From the NCBI GenBank assembly GCA_965200965.1, contig OZ241744.1:3417222-3481221 (forward strand): DNA of 64,000 nucleotides, written 5' to 3'. The notes beneath the pieces were generated by a model that saw only the letters and a list, made by a program, of their open reading frames with translations, was not told the DNA's origin and made no database searches. Made by a program: the position numbers and the translations under genes. Positions 9,417-22,120 of the stretch are shown in pieces (the first letter of the stretch is position 1; the number at the start of each line of letters is the position of its first letter). Origin of the DNA: an uncultured Candidatus Binatia bacterium. Lineage in GTDB: Bacteria; Desulfobacterota; Binatia; Bin18.

Positions 9417-10748
9417 ATGAAAGTTTCTATTGATTCCGTTGATGCTGTTCAGAAAAAACTCGCTTTTGAGATTCCCGCCGAGCGGGTAAACCAAGAGCTT
9501 GAAAAGGCATATCGGACAGTCCAGCAGCAGGCTCGGCTGAAGGGATTTCGACCCGGAAAGGTCCCCCGGCCTGTTCTCAATCGGTATTTTGGGGAGCAGA
9601 TTGCTCAGGAAGTGAGTTCCTTGCTGGTGCAGGAGTCTTACCCCCGTGCCGTGGAAGAGCACGCCCTGCATGTCGTGACACAGCCCCAGATTGTGACAGA
9701 GAAACTCACCCCCGGTCAGCCGTTTTGCTATTCGGCAACGGTCGAAGTGCGGCCACAGGTGAATATTGCGGACTATGCCGGGATTGCGGTCGAAAAACCG
9801 CGGGAAACGGTGACCGAGGAAGAGGTTGAGGCGTCGCTGCAACGCCTCGCCGAAGCGATGGTCCAACTCGCTCCGGTTACTGACCGGGACCGTGTTGAGG
9901 CTGGCGATGTGGTGACGCTCGATTATGTTGGGCTGCGGGGGGGGCGTCCGGTGCCGGGGTTTGAGGCCAAAGGCCGCCTCGTTGAGATGGGACGTGAGAG
10001 CGTACTGCCTGGCTTTCAGGATAACCTTCTTGGCGCACAACGGGGGAGGGTGCTCCAGTTCCCGGTGTCTCCGCCGCAGCCTGAGGGACAGGCGGGACAG
10101 ACTGAGCCAGCCCCAGAAAGTGCCCAACCCATGCTCTTTCGGACTACCATCCACGACATCGCGCGCAAAGAAATCCCGGTCCTGGATGACGATTTTGCCA
10201 AAGACCACGGCGAGTGCGACACTCTGGAAGAACTCAGAAACAAAATTCGGGACAATCTGCGTCGGGCCGCGGACCGTCGGGCAGAAAATCAGCTCCACGA
10301 GGCGCTCCTGGCCGGGGTGTATGAAAAGAATCCGTTTGAGGTACCGCCCGGTTTAGTGCGTGAACAGCTCCGTCAGCTCTTTGTTGAGGCCGGTATTCAA
10401 AGACCCGAGGAAGACGTGTCGGTCGGGGAGGGCCGCTTGACAGACGAACTGCGTGACCAGTTCACGGTCCGGGCTCGACAAAACGTTCGGGCCGTATTTA
10501 TCGTTGATGCCCTGGTTGAGCAGCTGTCCTTGTCTGTGTCTGAAGAAAGCCTGGGTCAGAAGATTGAGGAACTGTTTTCTGCCAACCCGGAGCAAAAACA
10601 GCAGCTTGAGAATTTCTATGCCAAGGCTGAGAATCGGCAGACTCTGGAGCGTCAGTTGTTACGGGAGAGAGCGATCCAGGCTGTCGTTGCCAAGGCTGAG
10701 ATAAAGCCAGTAGACAAGGCCGTTGCTGGTCTGCTGGAAAAAGACTAG
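9417..10748 (+). CDS. tig: Trigger factor
   Basis: 443 aa. N-terminus [36 protein letters not shown] is typical trigger factor. It sits upstream of clpP-clpX-lon. Confidence 0.93.
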   Translation: MKVSIDSVDAVQKKLAFEIPAERVNQELEKAYRTVQQQARLKGFRPGKVPRPVLNRYFGEQIAQEVSSLLVQESYPRAVEEHALHVVTQPQIVTEKLTPGQPFCYSATVEVRPQVNIADYAGIAVEKPRETVTEEEVEASLQRLAEAMVQLAPVTDRDRVEAGDVVTLDYVGLRGGRPVPGFEAKGRLVEMGRESVLPGFQDNLLGAQRGRVLQFPVSPPQPEGQAGQTEPAPESAQPMLFRTTIHDIARKEIPVLDDDFAKDHGECDTLEELRNKIRDNLRRAADRRAENQLHEALLAGVYEKNPFEVPPGLVREQLRQLFVEAGIQRPEEDVSVGEGRLTDELRDQFTVRARQNVRAVFIVDALVEQLSLSVSEESLGQKIEELFSANPEQKQQLENFYAKAENRQTLERQLLRERAIQAVVAKAEIKPVDKAVAGLLEKD

Positions 10749-10753
10749 GGGGG

Positions 10754-11350
10754 ATGGATCTCGCCATGAACCTGATTCCCATCGTTGTAGAACAAACTGG
10801 CCGCGGGGAACGGGCGTACGATATCTTCTCGCGTCTGCTCAAAGACCGCATCGTCTTTCTCGGCACCGCTGTCACGGATGAGGTCGCTAACCTCATCTCC
10901 GCAGAATTGCTCTTTCTCGAATCTGAGGACCCTGATGAGGATATCCGCTTCTACATCAATTCCCCCGGTGGTTCGGTCACTGCTGGTCTTGCTATCTACG
11001 ATACAATGCAGTACATCGGGCCGGATGTCTCGACTCTGTGCTTGGGCCAGGCGGCCAGTATGGCCGCCTGGTTGCTGGCGGCGGGCGCAAAGGGCAAGCG
11101 CTCTGTCCTGCCGCACGCCCGGGTCATGATTCATCAGCCCCTGGGTGGCGTCCAAGGGCAGGCCGTTGACATTGATATTCAGGCCCGCGAGATGCTACGG
11201 ATACGGGAGCAGATGAATGAAATTCTGGTCAAGCACACCGGACAATCGCTCAAGAAGATTGAGCGTGACACTGACCGGGACTTCTTTTTCGAGAGCAAAC
11301 AAGCCGTGGACTACGGGCTGGTTGATGATGTGGTGGTAAACCGGAAATGA
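10754..11350 (+). CDS. clpP: ATP-dependent Clp protease proteolytic subunit
   Basis: Translation reads [30 protein letters not shown]...[11 protein letters not shown]...MIHQP. An alternative ATG at 10766 (MNLIP) is equally plausible. Confidence 0.94.
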   Translation: MDLAMNLIPIVVEQTGRGERAYDIFSRLLKDRIVFLGTAVTDEVANLISAELLFLESEDPDEDIRFYINSPGGSVTAGLAIYDTMQYIGPDVSTLCLGQAASMAAWLLAAGAKGKRSVLPHARVMIHQPLGGVQGQAVDIDIQAREMLRIREQMNEILVKHTGQSLKKIERDTDRDFFFESKQAVDYGLVDDVVVNRK

Positions 11351-11370
11351 CAGAACGGTGAGGAGCGGAT

Positions 11371-12621
11371 ATGGCCAGACAGAGTGACGATCGCCCAGGA
11401 AACTTAGTGTGCTCCTTTTGTGGCAAAAGCCAGGACGAGGTGCGAAAACTCATCGCTGGCCCCACCGTCTATATCTGCGACGAATGTATCGATCTGTGCA
11501 ACGATATCATCGCCGAGGAGTGTGATCAGGAAGAATCCTTTACAGCAACCTCCGCTGTTCCCAAGCCGTCCGAAATTAAACGCGTCCTCGATCAGTATGT
11601 GATTGGCCAGGAGCGGGCCAAGAAGATCCTGTCTGTGGCCGTCCACAACCACTATAAGCGGGTTGACTCGCAAATGGTGGCCAACGACATTGAGCTGCAA
11701 AAGTCGAATATTCTGTTGATTGGCCCCACCGGCTCTGGCAAGACACTTCTGGCCCAAACCTTAGCCCGTTTCTTGCAGGTGCCGTTCACCCTCGGGGATG
11801 CGACCAGCCTGACTGAGGCGGGCTATGTGGGCGAAGATGTTGAGAATATTATTCTGAGCCTGCTCCAGAATGCCGACTACGATGTGGAGAAATGTCAAAA
11901 AGGCATTGTCTACATTGATGAAATAGACAAGGTTGCCCGCAAGGGGGACAATCCCTCCATCACTCGTGATGTGTCAGGGGAAGGCGTCCAACAGGCGCTG
12001 CTCAAAATCATTGAGGGAACGGTCGCCAGTGTCCCACCAAAAGGGGGTAGAAAGCACCCCCAACAAGAGTTTGTCCAGGTCGATACGACGAATATCCTCT
12101 TTATCTGCGGCGGAGCCTTTGTCGGACTTGACGATGTGATCCGCAGCAGGACCGGGGGGAAAAACATGGGCTTCGGGGCCGATGTCAAGGCCAGTTCAAC
12201 TCGGAGCGGGAGTGCCCTGCTTACCGAGGTCCAGCCGGAAGATTTGCTGAAATTCGGCATGATTCCGGAATTTGTGGGTCGCCTGCCCGTCCTGGCAACG
12301 CTTGAGGAGTTGGACGACCAAGCCCTCGTGCGCATCTTGAAAGAGCCAAAAAATGCCCTCGTGCGGCAATATCAAAAGCTATTTGATCTGGAGAATGTCC
12401 ACCTCCGGTTTGAGGAAAAAGCGCTTGAAGCCATTGCCAAAGAAGCCCTGACACGGAAATCCGGGGCCCGAGGTCTGCGGGCGATTATGGAAAACATCAT
12501 GCTTGACGTGATGTACGATATTCCTTCTCAGCCAAACATCCGAGAGGTTGTTATTTCTGAAGAAGTGGTTACACACAATGAACAGCCTCGTATTGAGCGC
12601 AATCTCAAAGCCACCGCATAA
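11371..12621 (+). CDS. clpX: ATP-dependent Clp protease ATP-binding subunit ClpX
   Basis: N-terminal zinc-binding motifs CSFCGK..CDECI, Walker A GPTGSGKT, and [10 protein letters not shown]. Confidence 0.95.
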   Translation: MARQSDDRPGNLVCSFCGKSQDEVRKLIAGPTVYICDECIDLCNDIIAEECDQEESFTATSAVPKPSEIKRVLDQYVIGQERAKKILSVAVHNHYKRVDSQMVANDIELQKSNILLIGPTGSGKTLLAQTLARFLQVPFTLGDATSLTEAGYVGEDVENIILSLLQNADYDVEKCQKGIVYIDEIDKVARKGDNPSITRDVSGEGVQQALLKIIEGTVASVPPKGGRKHPQQEFVQVDTTNILFICGGAFVGLDDVIRSRTGGKNMGFGADVKASSTRSGSALLTEVQPEDLLKFGMIPEFVGRLPVLATLEELDDQALVRILKEPKNALVRQYQKLFDLENVHLRFEEKALEAIAKEALTRKSGARGLRAIMENIMLDVMYDIPSQPNIREVVISEEVVTHNEQPRIERNLKATA

Positions 12622-12713
12622 GGCCCGGTCATGGTCTGGCTGGCCGGGGGGGCGAGGATCGTCCCGCACTGGGGCGGTGTGAGAAAAAGGACCATCGCGA
12701 CACAGGAGGGAAC

Positions 12714-15119
12714 ATGCGACTTCCGCTTTTACCCCTGAGGGATATTATCGTTTTTCCGCATATGGTCGTTCCGCTTTTTGTCGGAAGGCAACGCTCTATC
12801 AAGGCCCTTGAGGATGCAGTTGCCGGCGATAAGCTGATTTTTCTGTCCACTCAACGCGACGCTAAGGTCAACGATCCAACTCCCCAGGATATCTATCAGG
12901 TCGGGACCATGGGAACGGTGGTCCAGCTGTTACGCCTGCCAGACGGAACGGTCAAAGTCCTTGTTGAAGGCAAACAGCGGGGACAGATCGTTCAACATGT
13001 TGATCATCCGGACTTCTTCGCCGTTGATGAAGTGGAGGAGATTCCAGAGACGAATAATCGCCCGGCGGAGTTGGACTCGCTGGTGAAGAGTGTGAACTCG
13101 ACATTCGAGAACTATGTCCGGCTCAACAAAAAGATTCCGCCCGAAATGATCATGACCGTGGCGGCGATCAATGACCCCTCCCGTCTGGCGGACACAATCA
13201 TTGCCCACCTCGGCATCAAGCTTGAGGATAAGCAGACGCTGCTGGAGACGATTGACCCAGCCGATCGCCTCGAAAAAGTGCTGGGCTACATGCGCTCTGA
13301 GATTGAGATTCTCGAGGTTGAGCGTCGTATTCGCAATCGGGTCAAAAAGCAGATGGAAAAGACCCAGAAGGAATACTATCTCAACGAGCAGATGCGGGCG
13401 ATCCAAAAAGAACTCGGCGAGAAGGACGAGTTCAAAAACGAACTCCAGGAGCTTGAAGAGAAGATTCGCCAGAAAAAGATGTCGGCCGAGGCACGGGACA
13501 AAATCGAAAAAGAGCTCAAGAAGCTCAAGATGATGTCTCCGATGTCAGCCGAGGCAACGGTTGTCCGCAACTATATTGACTGGCTCTTGTCTCTGCCGTG
13601 GTACGAATACACCGAGGACAAGCTTGACATTCAAGAAGCCGAGAAGATTCTTGAAGAAGACCACTACGGTCTGGAAAAGGTCAAAGAACGGATCCTCGAA
13701 TATCTGGCCGTTCAGAGTCTGGTCGGCCAGATCAAAGGCCCCATCCTGTGTTTTGTGGGTCCTCCCGGAGTTGGGAAAACCTCATTGGGCAAGTCGATTG
13801 CGCGAGCGACCGATCGGAAGTTTGTCCGCGTCTCGCTCGGCGGAGTCCGCGATGAAGCCGAGATCCGTGGACATCGCCGGACATATATCGGGGCGATGCC
13901 GGGCAAAATTATTCAGGGTATGAAAAAGGCCGGCTCTGGTAATCCTGTCTTTCTGCTGGACGAAATTGATAAGATGTCAACCGATTTTCGGGGTGATCCG
14001 TCTGCAGCCTTGATGGAAGTACTTGACCCCGAACAGAACGCCGGCTTCAACGATCACTACCTTGATGTGGATTATGATCTGTCCCAGATCCTCTTTATCT
14101 GCACGGCCAACAATCTCGAACGCATTCCCCGTCCTTTACAGGATCGTATGGAAATCATTCGTCTTCCGGGCTACACGGAATACGAAAAGCTGCATATTGC
14201 CAAACGCTATCTGGTGAAGAAGCAGCGCGACGCCAACGGGCTGACCGAGAAGAATATCGATCTGCCGGACAGCGTGTTGTCCTCGGTCATACGGTCGTAC
14301 ACCAAAGAGTCGGGGGTCAGAAGTCTTGAGCGCGAAATCGGTACACTGTGCCGCAAGGTTGCGGTTGAGGTGGTCAAGAAAGACCGGGAGACGCATATTC
14401 GGCTGAATACCAAAAACTTGCAGAAATACCTCGGCCCACTGAAGTTCCGCGTGAGCAAAGCGGAGCAGGAAGACAAAGTGGGAGTGGTGACTGGCCTGGC
14501 CTGGACCGATGTTGGCGGCGAGTTGTTGGCGACCGAGGTGACGGTCCTGCCGGGCAAGGGCAAACTCACCATTACGGGGAAGATTGGGGATGTTATGCAG
14601 GAGTCTGCCCAGGCCGCGATGAGCTATGTACGCTCACGCTCAGCCGAGCTTGATCTGGATAAAGATTTCTACCAGAACATTGATATCCACCTGCATATTC
14701 CTGAGGGCGCAATTCCAAAAGATGGCCCGTCAGCCGGTGTGACGATGGCCACCTCAATTGTGTCCGCCCTGGCAAAGATCCCGGTCCGCCACGATGTTGC
14801 CATGACTGGAGAGATTACCCTGCGTGGACGGGTCTTACCCATAGGCGGTCTGAAAGAGAAGATTCTGGCCGCCCATCGAGGCGGGCTTAAGCGGGTCATT
14901 ATCCCGGCAGAAAATGAAAAAGATCTCCAGGATGTGCCGGCTCCAATTCTGAAAGCGGTTCAGGTTGAAATGGCTGAGCACGTTGATGAAGTGCTGCGCA
15001 AAGCGCTCGCCCTGAGCGAGCCTGAGCAGTTTCTTATTGCCGGAACCTCGGCCGTTGACCAATCCCTGTATCCGCCAGAACCCGATGTCCCACATCCTTC
15101 GGAGGTGGTGACTCATTAG
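12714..15119 (+). CDS. lon: Lon protease (LonA)
   Basis: 801 aa. Features read: [23 protein letters not shown], Walker [10 protein letters not shown], and the protease motif [14 protein letters not shown]. Confidence 0.95.
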   Translation: MRLPLLPLRDIIVFPHMVVPLFVGRQRSIKALEDAVAGDKLIFLSTQRDAKVNDPTPQDIYQVGTMGTVVQLLRLPDGTVKVLVEGKQRGQIVQHVDHPDFFAVDEVEEIPETNNRPAELDSLVKSVNSTFENYVRLNKKIPPEMIMTVAAINDPSRLADTIIAHLGIKLEDKQTLLETIDPADRLEKVLGYMRSEIEILEVERRIRNRVKKQMEKTQKEYYLNEQMRAIQKELGEKDEFKNELQELEEKIRQKKMSAEARDKIEKELKKLKMMSPMSAEATVVRNYIDWLLSLPWYEYTEDKLDIQEAEKILEEDHYGLEKVKERILEYLAVQSLVGQIKGPILCFVGPPGVGKTSLGKSIARATDRKFVRVSLGGVRDEAEIRGHRRTYIGAMPGKIIQGMKKAGSGNPVFLLDEIDKMSTDFRGDPSAALMEVLDPEQNAGFNDHYLDVDYDLSQILFICTANNLERIPRPLQDRMEIIRLPGYTEYEKLHIAKRYLVKKQRDANGLTEKNIDLPDSVLSSVIRSYTKESGVRSLEREIGTLCRKVAVEVVKKDRETHIRLNTKNLQKYLGPLKFRVSKAEQEDKVGVVTGLAWTDVGGELLATEVTVLPGKGKLTITGKIGDVMQESAQAAMSYVRSRSAELDLDKDFYQNIDIHLHIPEGAIPKDGPSAGVTMATSIVSALAKIPVRHDVAMTGEITLRGRVLPIGGLKEKILAAHRGGLKRVIIPAENEKDLQDVPAPILKAVQVEMAEHVDEVLRKALALSEPEQFLIAGTSAVDQSLYPPEPDVPHPSEVVTH

Positions 15120-15240
15120 GCGGGCAGTCGGATCGCAAGGGCTTTGGGGATTGACACGATGGTGTGGCAGTGGTACTGCTCTCCCCTCCCGGAGAGGAGA
15201 GCCTTCGCTCCGCCACACCCGTCCCTCAAGACTCGCTCAA

Positions 15241-15312
15241 GGGCGGTTAGCTCAGTGGAAGAGCATCGGCCTTACAAGCCGAGGGCCATCCGTTCAAACC
15301 GGATACCGCCCA
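15241..15312 (+). tRNA. tRNA-Val (anticodon TAC)
   Basis: Acceptor gggcggt/accgccc, anticodon stem tcggc/gccga, loop ctTACaa. Confidence 0.9.
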
Positions 15313-15316
15313 GGGT

Positions 15317-15393
15317 GGGGTCGTAGTTCAGCTGGTTAGAACGCCGGCCTGTCACGCCGGAGGTCGCGAGTTCGAGTCTCGTCGGCCCCGCCA
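15317..15393 (+). tRNA. tRNA-Asp (anticodon GTC), CCA encoded
   Basis: Acceptor ggggtcg/cggcccc, anticodon stem ccggc/gccgg, loop ctGTCac, 3' gCCA. It starts only 4 nt after tRNA-Val. Confidence 0.9.
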
Positions 15394-15437
15394 CCTCATC
15401 TCCACTGTTTATTTACAAAGGACGCCAGGGTGCAAGC

Positions 15438-15878
15438 ATGAAGAAAGAGACCTCCACACGTCCACGAAGAGCCGCTCTGGCCGCCCGCCGCTGGTATCTT
15501 GTTGATGCTGAGGGGCAGAGGGTCGGCCGTCTGGCCAGCGCGATTGTCCAAGTCCTGCGCGGAAAAAACAATCCCGCTTTTTCTCCCCATATTGATAACG
15601 GAGACTTTGTCATTGTCATCAATACCGACCAAGTTCGCTTTTCCGGGAATAAGTGGCAGCAGAAAGTCTATTATCGCCATACCGGGTATCCCGGAGGAAT
15701 CCGCCAAATCTCGGCCGAAGAAATGTTAGCAAAACATCCTGAAGCCATTGTGAAAAAGGCGATTATTGGTATGCTGCCCAAAAATGCGCACGGCCGAGCG
15801 CTCGCCACAAAACTGAAAATTTATGCGGGACCTGATCATCCTCACGCCGCCCAGCAACCAATGCCGTTGGCCGTTTGA
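15438..15878 (+). CDS. rplM: 50S ribosomal protein L13
   Basis: Translation reads [25 protein letters not shown]...HTGYPGG. The rplM-rpsI pairing fits. Confidence 0.93.
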   Translation: MKKETSTRPRRAALAARRWYLVDAEGQRVGRLASAIVQVLRGKNNPAFSPHIDNGDFVIVINTDQVRFSGNKWQQKVYYRHTGYPGGIRQISAEEMLAKHPEAIVKKAIIGMLPKNAHGRALATKLKIYAGPDHPHAAQQPMPLAV

Positions 15879-15892
15879 GGAGAAGCGAAGAC

Positions 15893-16291
15893 ATGGCTGA
15901 GCAAAGGACCGAATATTGGGGAACCGGGAAACGCAAGACCGCGGTTGCCCGCGTCCGCCTTTCTCCTGGAGAGGGTAAGTACACGATTAACCGCCGTGAT
16001 CTGAATACATATTTTGGGCGGGAAACCGTTCGCATGATTGTGCAGCAACCCCTGACCCTGATTCAGGGGCAGGACAAATACGACATTATCGCCAATGTCA
16101 AAGGTGGGGGCAATTCTGCCCAAGCCGCGGCCATTCGGCATGGGATCACCCGCGCCTTGCTGGAGATGAACCCCGATCTGCGCCCGACTTTGAAGAAGGC
16201 CAAGTTCACTACCCGGGATTCCCGCCAAGTCGAACGGAAAAAATACGGAAGACACAAGGCTCGGAAACGGCCGCAATACTCCAAACGGTAA
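15893..16291 (+). CDS. rpsI: 30S ribosomal protein S9
   Basis: Translation reads [19 protein letters not shown]...ending [11 protein letters not shown]. The ATG at 15893 was preferred over the ORF-track ATG at 15875, which overlaps the end of rplM. Confidence 0.92.
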   Translation: MAEQRTEYWGTGKRKTAVARVRLSPGEGKYTINRRDLNTYFGRETVRMIVQQPLTLIQGQDKYDIIANVKGGGNSAQAAAIRHGITRALLEMNPDLRPTLKKAKFTTRDSRQVERKKYGRHKARKRPQYSKR

Positions 16292-16300
16292 AACAGCCTG

Positions 16301-17479
16301 CTAATCAACGCCTAACAGGAGGAAGACTCCATACAGTCCGGCCAATCCATTGGCCAGCCAAGCCGCGAGTTGAGGCGGTATTGCGCCGCTGTGCCCGAGA
16401 GAGACACTGAGCGCCAAAACGATCCAGTAGCCGAACCCTGTTATGAGGGCCAAGCCCAAGACCGTCGGCAGAGTGTGCTGTCTGGAACTGGGAATGGTCA
16501 GGGCAATGCCAATGAATGTCATCACCAGTGCCGCAAACGGCACGGCGCTTTTGAGGTGTAAATCAACCAGGTACTCGCTCGTATCAAGTCCTTTTCGCTG
16601 GAGGCCGCGAATATACCTGCGGAGTTGCTCTGAAGAGAACTCCTCGGCTTTCATGTCGATCAGTGAAAAGTCTTCTGGTGTTTCCTGGAACTGGAGATTC
16701 AGCCCCTGGAGTTGGGCGTGCTCCTCACCGGTCAACGATGTTTCCTGAACTGCGGTGAGTTGCCACTTGTCTTCCTTCCACTCTGCCCTGGCGATTTCGA
16801 CCAGGGAGCGTACGCGAAAGCGCTGGTCAAGCGTATACATGGTCAGCCCTGAGATAATTTTTTTCTGCGAATCAAAATGTTCAATATGGTAAAAGGCACC
16901 GTCCCCGCGGTACCAGAAGCCATGTTCGTGAAAGAGCCCTTTGAACGGCCGTTGTTTAATTTCAACCGTGTTAATGTAACGGGAATGGTGAAAGGCGGCC
17001 GGGACGACCCACTCGTTCCAGGCTCTGACGGCCAAGCTCAAAAGACCAGCCGTCAGGAGGAGCGGGAGCGTCATTTGCCACGGACTCATGCCACACGCTT
17101 TGAGCGCGATCAGCTCACGGTTTTTTGACAGCAAACCGCAGCCAATGAGAGCCCCGGCCAGGGCTGCGGCTGGGGCAGCCTGGGTCACGAAGAGGGGAAT
17201 TTTGAACACAAGATAGCGGACAGTTGCTGACACCGAAGCGCCGTACCTGATGAAGTTATCGAGCCGATCAAAAAAATCGACCAGCAAGGACAGGCCAAGC
17301 AATAAGACCAGGGTGAACAGGAAAAAGCGTAGATACTCAATGCACAGGTAGAAGCTCACAAGACGTGTCAGCCCGAAATGGCCAAGGAGTGGGGAGAAGC
17401 CGGCCCAAGCGTTTACGGGCGGGCTATCGGCAGCCAGGCTTCTGGTTTTGGGACGGAGCTTCGTTTCCATATCGGACAT
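16301..17479 (-). CDS. lptG: LPS export ABC permease, LptF/LptG family (LptG-like)
   Basis: Six-TM YjgP/YjgQ-type layout with a large periplasmic loop, paired with a second copy upstream. The start is uncertain. The maximal ORF overlaps the end of lptF by 67 nt, and an internal GTG near ...LTRLVSFY is plausible. Confidence 0.8.
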   Translation of the reverse strand: MSDMETKLRPKTRSLAADSPPVNAWAGFSPLLGHFGLTRLVSFYLCIEYLRFFLFTLVLLLGLSLLVDFFDRLDNFIRYGASVSATVRYLVFKIPLFVTQAAPAAALAGALIGCGLLSKNRELIALKACGMSPWQMTLPLLLTAGLLSLAVRAWNEWVVPAAFHHSRYINTVEIKQRPFKGLFHEHGFWYRGDGAFYHIEHFDSQKKIISGLTMYTLDQRFRVRSLVEIARAEWKEDKWQLTAVQETSLTGEEHAQLQGLNLQFQETPEDFSLIDMKAEEFSSEQLRRYIRGLQRKGLDTSEYLVDLHLKSAVPFAALVMTFIGIALTIPSSRQHTLPTVLGLALITGFGYWIVLALSVSLGHSGAIPPQLAAWLANGLAGLYGVFLLLGVD

Positions 17480-18594
17480 TTGAAAAGGGGCTTTTCCTGC
17501 CGGGCGCGCTCAAAGAGGTAGAGGCCGACAATCCCCAGTATGATGTTCGGCAGCCACAGGGCGATGCCCGGTGGAAGGACTGCCTTTTTGCCGAGCGCTT
17601 CCCCCACGGTGAGCAGCAGATAGTAGGTAAACAAGACCGCCATTGTCAAGGCACAGCCGTGCGAGTGTTGCGCTCCTCTGATCTGGAGGCTCAGGGGAAG
17701 TGCGAGAAAGCTGAAGACCACGCAGGCAAACGGCACGGACAGGCGACGGTGCAGTTCTATCAGGGCGTCATGTTTCTGCTTTGTGTGGGCTTCGCTTTGG
17801 GCGATCGTATTGAGCAGCTGTCCGAACAACATTTCTTTTGGCTTCCACACCGGCTCTTTCACATTGGCCAGGATCGCGCTGACATTCAGGCTCACATCAT
17901 AGACAGAAAAATGGGTGGTATGATAGACACGGCCGGGCTGTTCAAAGCTGTGGAGTGAGCCATCCATCAAACGGAATGTCAGGGTTTCCCGATCCTCTGC
18001 GGTCAGAATGGTCCCGCGTTCGGCAAAGATCGTATGCTGGCTCTGGGCGTACCGATTGTCGGCAATCATGATGCCTTCCAGGTGCGTGCCTGGTGGCCGA
18101 ACTTCTTCCGCATAAATGACGAGTCCAGCAAAGTCAGTGTTAAACGTTTTCTCTTTCAAGCCAGCCGAGGCGTGGGTTGTCGCAATCATATGCAGTGCCC
18201 GTTTGAGGGCGGCGTTACTCCAGGGGCGGACATAGAGGGTGAGGATAGATGTGATACACAGCAGGACGGCCGCGAATATCCAGACGGGAATCACGATCTG
18301 AAACAGACTGATCCCACAACTCTTGAGCGCGATCAATTCCCGGTCCGCGGACAGCCGTCCAAGCCCCCATAACAGGGCTAATAAGAAGGCCATCGGAACG
18401 GTGATCTCAAAAAAGGCGGGTAAAATATAGGCGAAAGTTTCGAGCAGTTGGGAAACCGGAACCCCCCGATTTACAACCAGGTCAACGAGTTTGAGGCTAC
18501 GAAGGATAAACAGCAGAATGGTAAAAATCAGCAGGCCGATGAGAAATGGGGGCACGACCTCACGAGAGACATAACGAAAGAGGATGCGGCCCAT
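17413..18594 (-). CDS. lptF: LPS export ABC permease, LptF/LptG family (LptF-like)
   Basis: N-terminus MGRILFRYVSREVVPPFLIGL is typical of LptF. The ATG at 18594 was preferred over the TTG at 18603. Confidence 0.82.
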   Translation of the reverse strand: MGRILFRYVSREVVPPFLIGLLIFTILLFILRSLKLVDLVVNRGVPVSQLLETFAYILPAFFEITVPMAFLLALLWGLGRLSADRELIALKSCGISLFQIVIPVWIFAAVLLCITSILTLYVRPWSNAALKRALHMIATTHASAGLKEKTFNTDFAGLVIYAEEVRPPGTHLEGIMIADNRYAQSQHTIFAERGTILTAEDRETLTFRLMDGSLHSFEQPGRVYHTTHFSVYDVSLNVSAILANVKEPVWKPKEMLFGQLLNTIAQSEAHTKQKHDALIELHRRLSVPFACVVFSFLALPLSLQIRGAQHSHGCALTMAVLFTYYLLLTVGEALGKKAVLPPGIALWLPNIILGIVGLYLFERARQEKPLFKCPIWKRSSVPKPEAWLPIARP

Positions 18595-19345
18595 GACTGT
18601 CAATCCTAGAAAAAAAAGGCAGGCTTGTAAACCAAGAACCGTGTATGGGCTTCATCCGGTTCGGGAGTATCTCCGGGCTGCGCCTGAGACGATGCAGCAT
18701 ATTTTCCTCTCGCCGAATCTGAAGCGATCACTGATCGACACCCTGGCCCGTCAACACGCTATTCCTTTGTCGTATGAAGCCCCCTCTTTTTTTCATACCT
18801 TGGCTCCAGACGGCGGACATCAGGGGGCCGCCGCTCACTTACAGCCTTTTCCCTACACCCCGCTGCCCCACATCCTGGAGCACCACGCCAACCTGCTCCT
18901 GGTACTCGACAGTATTCTTGATCCCCGCAACCTCGGGGCTCTTTTACGCACCGCTGAGGCGGCAGAGGTCGGGGGCGTGGTGCTCCCCCGGCGGCGGGTC
19001 GCTCCTCTTTCTGCCGTTGTTGAAAAAACCGCGGCAGGGGCAAGCGCGTATCTGCCGATCTGCCAGGTCAGCAATCTTGCTCGCTCGCTGGATGCTATCC
19101 AGGCCGCGGGCTATTGGCTGGTTGGACTTGCCCCCGAAGCACCCCAAACCTTGTATGACTTAGGTCCGCAGCGCAATATCGCGCTGGTGCTTGGGGGAGA
19201 GGAAAAAGGGCTGAGGCGTGTGGTGCGGGCCCGGTGCGATTGTCTGGTTGCGCTTCCCATGCGGGGGGAAATCGGGTCCTTGAATGTGGCCGTGGCTGGG
19301 GCTATTGCCCTGTATGAGATTTTACGCAGAAATCTGACGAAGTAG
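18584..19345 (+). CDS. rlmB: SpoU/TrmH-family RNA 2'-O-methyltransferase (RlmB-like)
   Basis: Motifs read: VYGLHPVREYL, LVLDSILDPRNLGALLRTAEA, LVLGGEEKGLR, IGSLNVAVAGAIALYE. The start is uncertain (ATG 18584 or 18593, or GTG 18641). Confidence 0.85.
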   Translation: MRPMTVNPRKKRQACKPRTVYGLHPVREYLRAAPETMQHIFLSPNLKRSLIDTLARQHAIPLSYEAPSFFHTLAPDGGHQGAAAHLQPFPYTPLPHILEHHANLLLVLDSILDPRNLGALLRTAEAAEVGGVVLPRRRVAPLSAVVEKTAAGASAYLPICQVSNLARSLDAIQAAGYWLVGLAPEAPQTLYDLGPQRNIALVLGGEEKGLRRVVRARCDCLVALPMRGEIGSLNVAVAGAIALYEILRRNLTK

Positions 19346-19397
19346 GGCCGCTCTTTCAGGCGGTTTGGAGGCGGTGAGATGCCCACCTTGACGCTAC

Positions 19398-19426
19398 TTG
19401 ACTTGTCCGGGGAAACGGGCTAGGCT
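19398..19426 (+). promoter_or_regulatory. Putative sigma70-type promoter (TTGACT-17 nt-TAGGCT) upstream of the tRNA-tuf block
   Basis: Hexamers and spacer were read directly. This is a consensus match only. Confidence 0.3.
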
Positions 19427-19499
19427 GCATCGTCTGTCTGCGAACTGAAATATACCTTCCCGTAGTGGGAGGTTGACGGCTGGAAAAATACTCTCTACT

Positions 19500-19571
19500 G
19501 CTGGCGTAGCTCAACGGTAGAGCAGCTGATTTGTAATCAGCAGGTTGTAGGTTCAAGTCCTATCGCCAGCT
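19500..19571 (+). tRNA. tRNA-Thr (anticodon TGT)
   Basis: Acceptor gctggcg/cgccagc, anticodon stem gctga/tcagc, loop ttTGTaa. Confidence 0.9.
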
Positions 19572-19605
19572 TTCTCCTGAGTGGCAAGGAGAGTCAATAT
19601 GGTGC

Positions 19606-19688
19606 GGAGAGGTGCCCGAGCGGCCAAAGGGAGCAGACTGTAAATCTGCCGGCGTATGCCTTCGAAGGTTCGAATCCTTCCCTCTCCA
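19606..19688 (+). tRNA. tRNA-Tyr (anticodon GTA), long variable arm
   Basis: Acceptor ggagagg/cctctcc, anticodon stem gcaga/tctgc, loop ctGTAaa. The core closely resembles E. coli tRNA-Tyr as I recall it. Confidence 0.9.
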
Positions 19689-19710
19689 TTCCTCAGGGAC
19701 GAATCCCAGG

Positions 19711-19787
19711 GCGGGAATAGCTCAGTTGGCTAGAGCGCGAGCCTTCCAAGCTCGGGGTCGCGGGTTCGAGTCCCGTTTCCCGCTCCA
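19711..19787 (+). tRNA. tRNA-Gly (anticodon TCC), CCA encoded
   Basis: Acceptor gcgggaa/ttcccgc, anticodon stem cgagc/gctcg, loop ctTCCaa, 3' tCCA. Confidence 0.9.
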
Positions 19788-19853
19788 TGCGCCTCACAGG
19801 ATGAGCCGAAGGACTTCCCAGTTGCGCCTGCATGTGCTTACGATCACGCAAGG

Positions 19854-19926
19854 GCCCAGGTAGCTCAGCAGGTAGAGCACGTCCTTGGTAAGGACGAGGT
19901 CGGCGGTTCAACCCCGCTCCTGGGCT
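19854..19926 (+). tRNA. tRNA-Thr (anticodon GGT)
   Basis: Acceptor gcccagg/cctgggc, anticodon stem cgtcc/ggacg, loop ttGGTaa. The Thr-Tyr-Gly-Thr-tuf order matches the thrU-tyrU-glyT-thrT-tufB arrangement known from E. coli. Confidence 0.9.
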
Positions 19927-19939
19927 GATTTTTTGCTGA

Positions 19940-21173
<1,234 letters not shown>

Positions 21174-21199
21174 ATGTCGTGGTCACTCCGTGACGATGT

Positions 21200-21274
21200 G
21201 GGTCAGTAGCTCGAATTGGATAGAGCACCGGACTCCAAATCCGGGGGTTGCAGGTTCGAAGCCTGCCTGACCCG
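21200..21274 (+). tRNA. tRNA-Trp (anticodon CCA)
   Basis: Acceptor gggtcag/ctgaccc, anticodon stem ccgga/tccgg, loop ctCCAaa. It sits in the usual place before secE. Confidence 0.9.
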
Positions 21275-21346
21275 CTTTCCCGCTCCCGACGCCGACCGTT
21301 TCAGAAAAGTCTCAGCTTATGAGAACAGACAGAGGAGACCGGCAAA

Positions 21347-21556
21347 GTGAGTAGCGCGATACGGGCCGGCTTTGCCACCGCTCGGGCATTTCTGCAAGAA
21401 GCCTGGGCCGAGTTGCAACGGGTGCATTGGCCCGCCCAAAAGGAAGTCCGGGCAGCAACCTGGGTGGTGTTGGTTCTGGTGAGTATTGTTGCGCTCTACC
21501 TGTTCGTTGTTGATGCTTTTCTCGCTTGGCTCTTACGCCTGCTGCTTGGCTATTAA
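21347..21556 (+). CDS. secE: Preprotein translocase subunit SecE
   Basis: 69 aa with a GTG start and a single C-terminal TM helix (FLQEAWAELQRVHWP...VVLVLVSIVALYLFVVD). It lies immediately upstream of nusG. Confidence 0.85.
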   Translation: MSSAIRAGFATARAFLQEAWAELQRVHWPAQKEVRAATWVVLVLVSIVALYLFVVDAFLAWLLRLLLGY

Positions 21557-21583
21557 GTCTTCATCGGGATGACAGGCTACGCT

Positions 21584-22120
21584 ATGGCCAAGCAATGGTA
21601 CATTGTCCATACCTACTCCGGGTATGAGTGGAAAGCCAAGGCAGCTCTTGAAGAACGCATCCGTACGCTCGGCAAGGAAGACCTGTTCGGCGATGTCCTG
21701 GTTCCCGAAGAGCAGGTGGTTGAGCTTGTCAAAGGCCACAAACGGACCTCGGCCCGCAAGTTTTTTCCCAGCTACATCCTGGTCCAGATGGAGATGAGTA
21801 ACGAGACTTGGCATGTTGTCAAATCAACGCCGAAAGTCACCGGCTTTGTCGGAGGCTTTGATCCCCAAACCATCCCCCCGGTGTCTGAGGCCGAGGTGGC
21901 AGCGATTCGGAACCAGGTCCAGGAAGGGGCCCTACGACCAAAGCCCAAGGTTTTGTACGAGGTTGGTGATGGGGTGAAGGTAGTGGACGGACCTTTTCAG
22001 GATTTCACCGGCAAGGTTGAAGAGGTCAAGCCGGGCAAAGGAAAATTGCGGGTGTTGATCAGCATCTTCGGTCGGGCAACCCCGGTTGAACTCGACTTGG
22101 TACAAGTCGAGAAAACCTGA
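21584..22120 (+). CDS. nusG: Transcription termination/antitermination factor NusG
   Basis: Starts [19 protein letters not shown] region is present near the C-terminus ([21 protein letters not shown]). Confidence 0.93.
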   Translation: MAKQWYIVHTYSGYEWKAKAALEERIRTLGKEDLFGDVLVPEEQVVELVKGHKRTSARKFFPSYILVQMEMSNETWHVVKSTPKVTGFVGGFDPQTIPPVSEAEVAAIRNQVQEGALRPKPKVLYEVGDGVKVVDGPFQDFTGKVEEVKPGKGKLRVLISIFGRATPVELDLVQVEKT

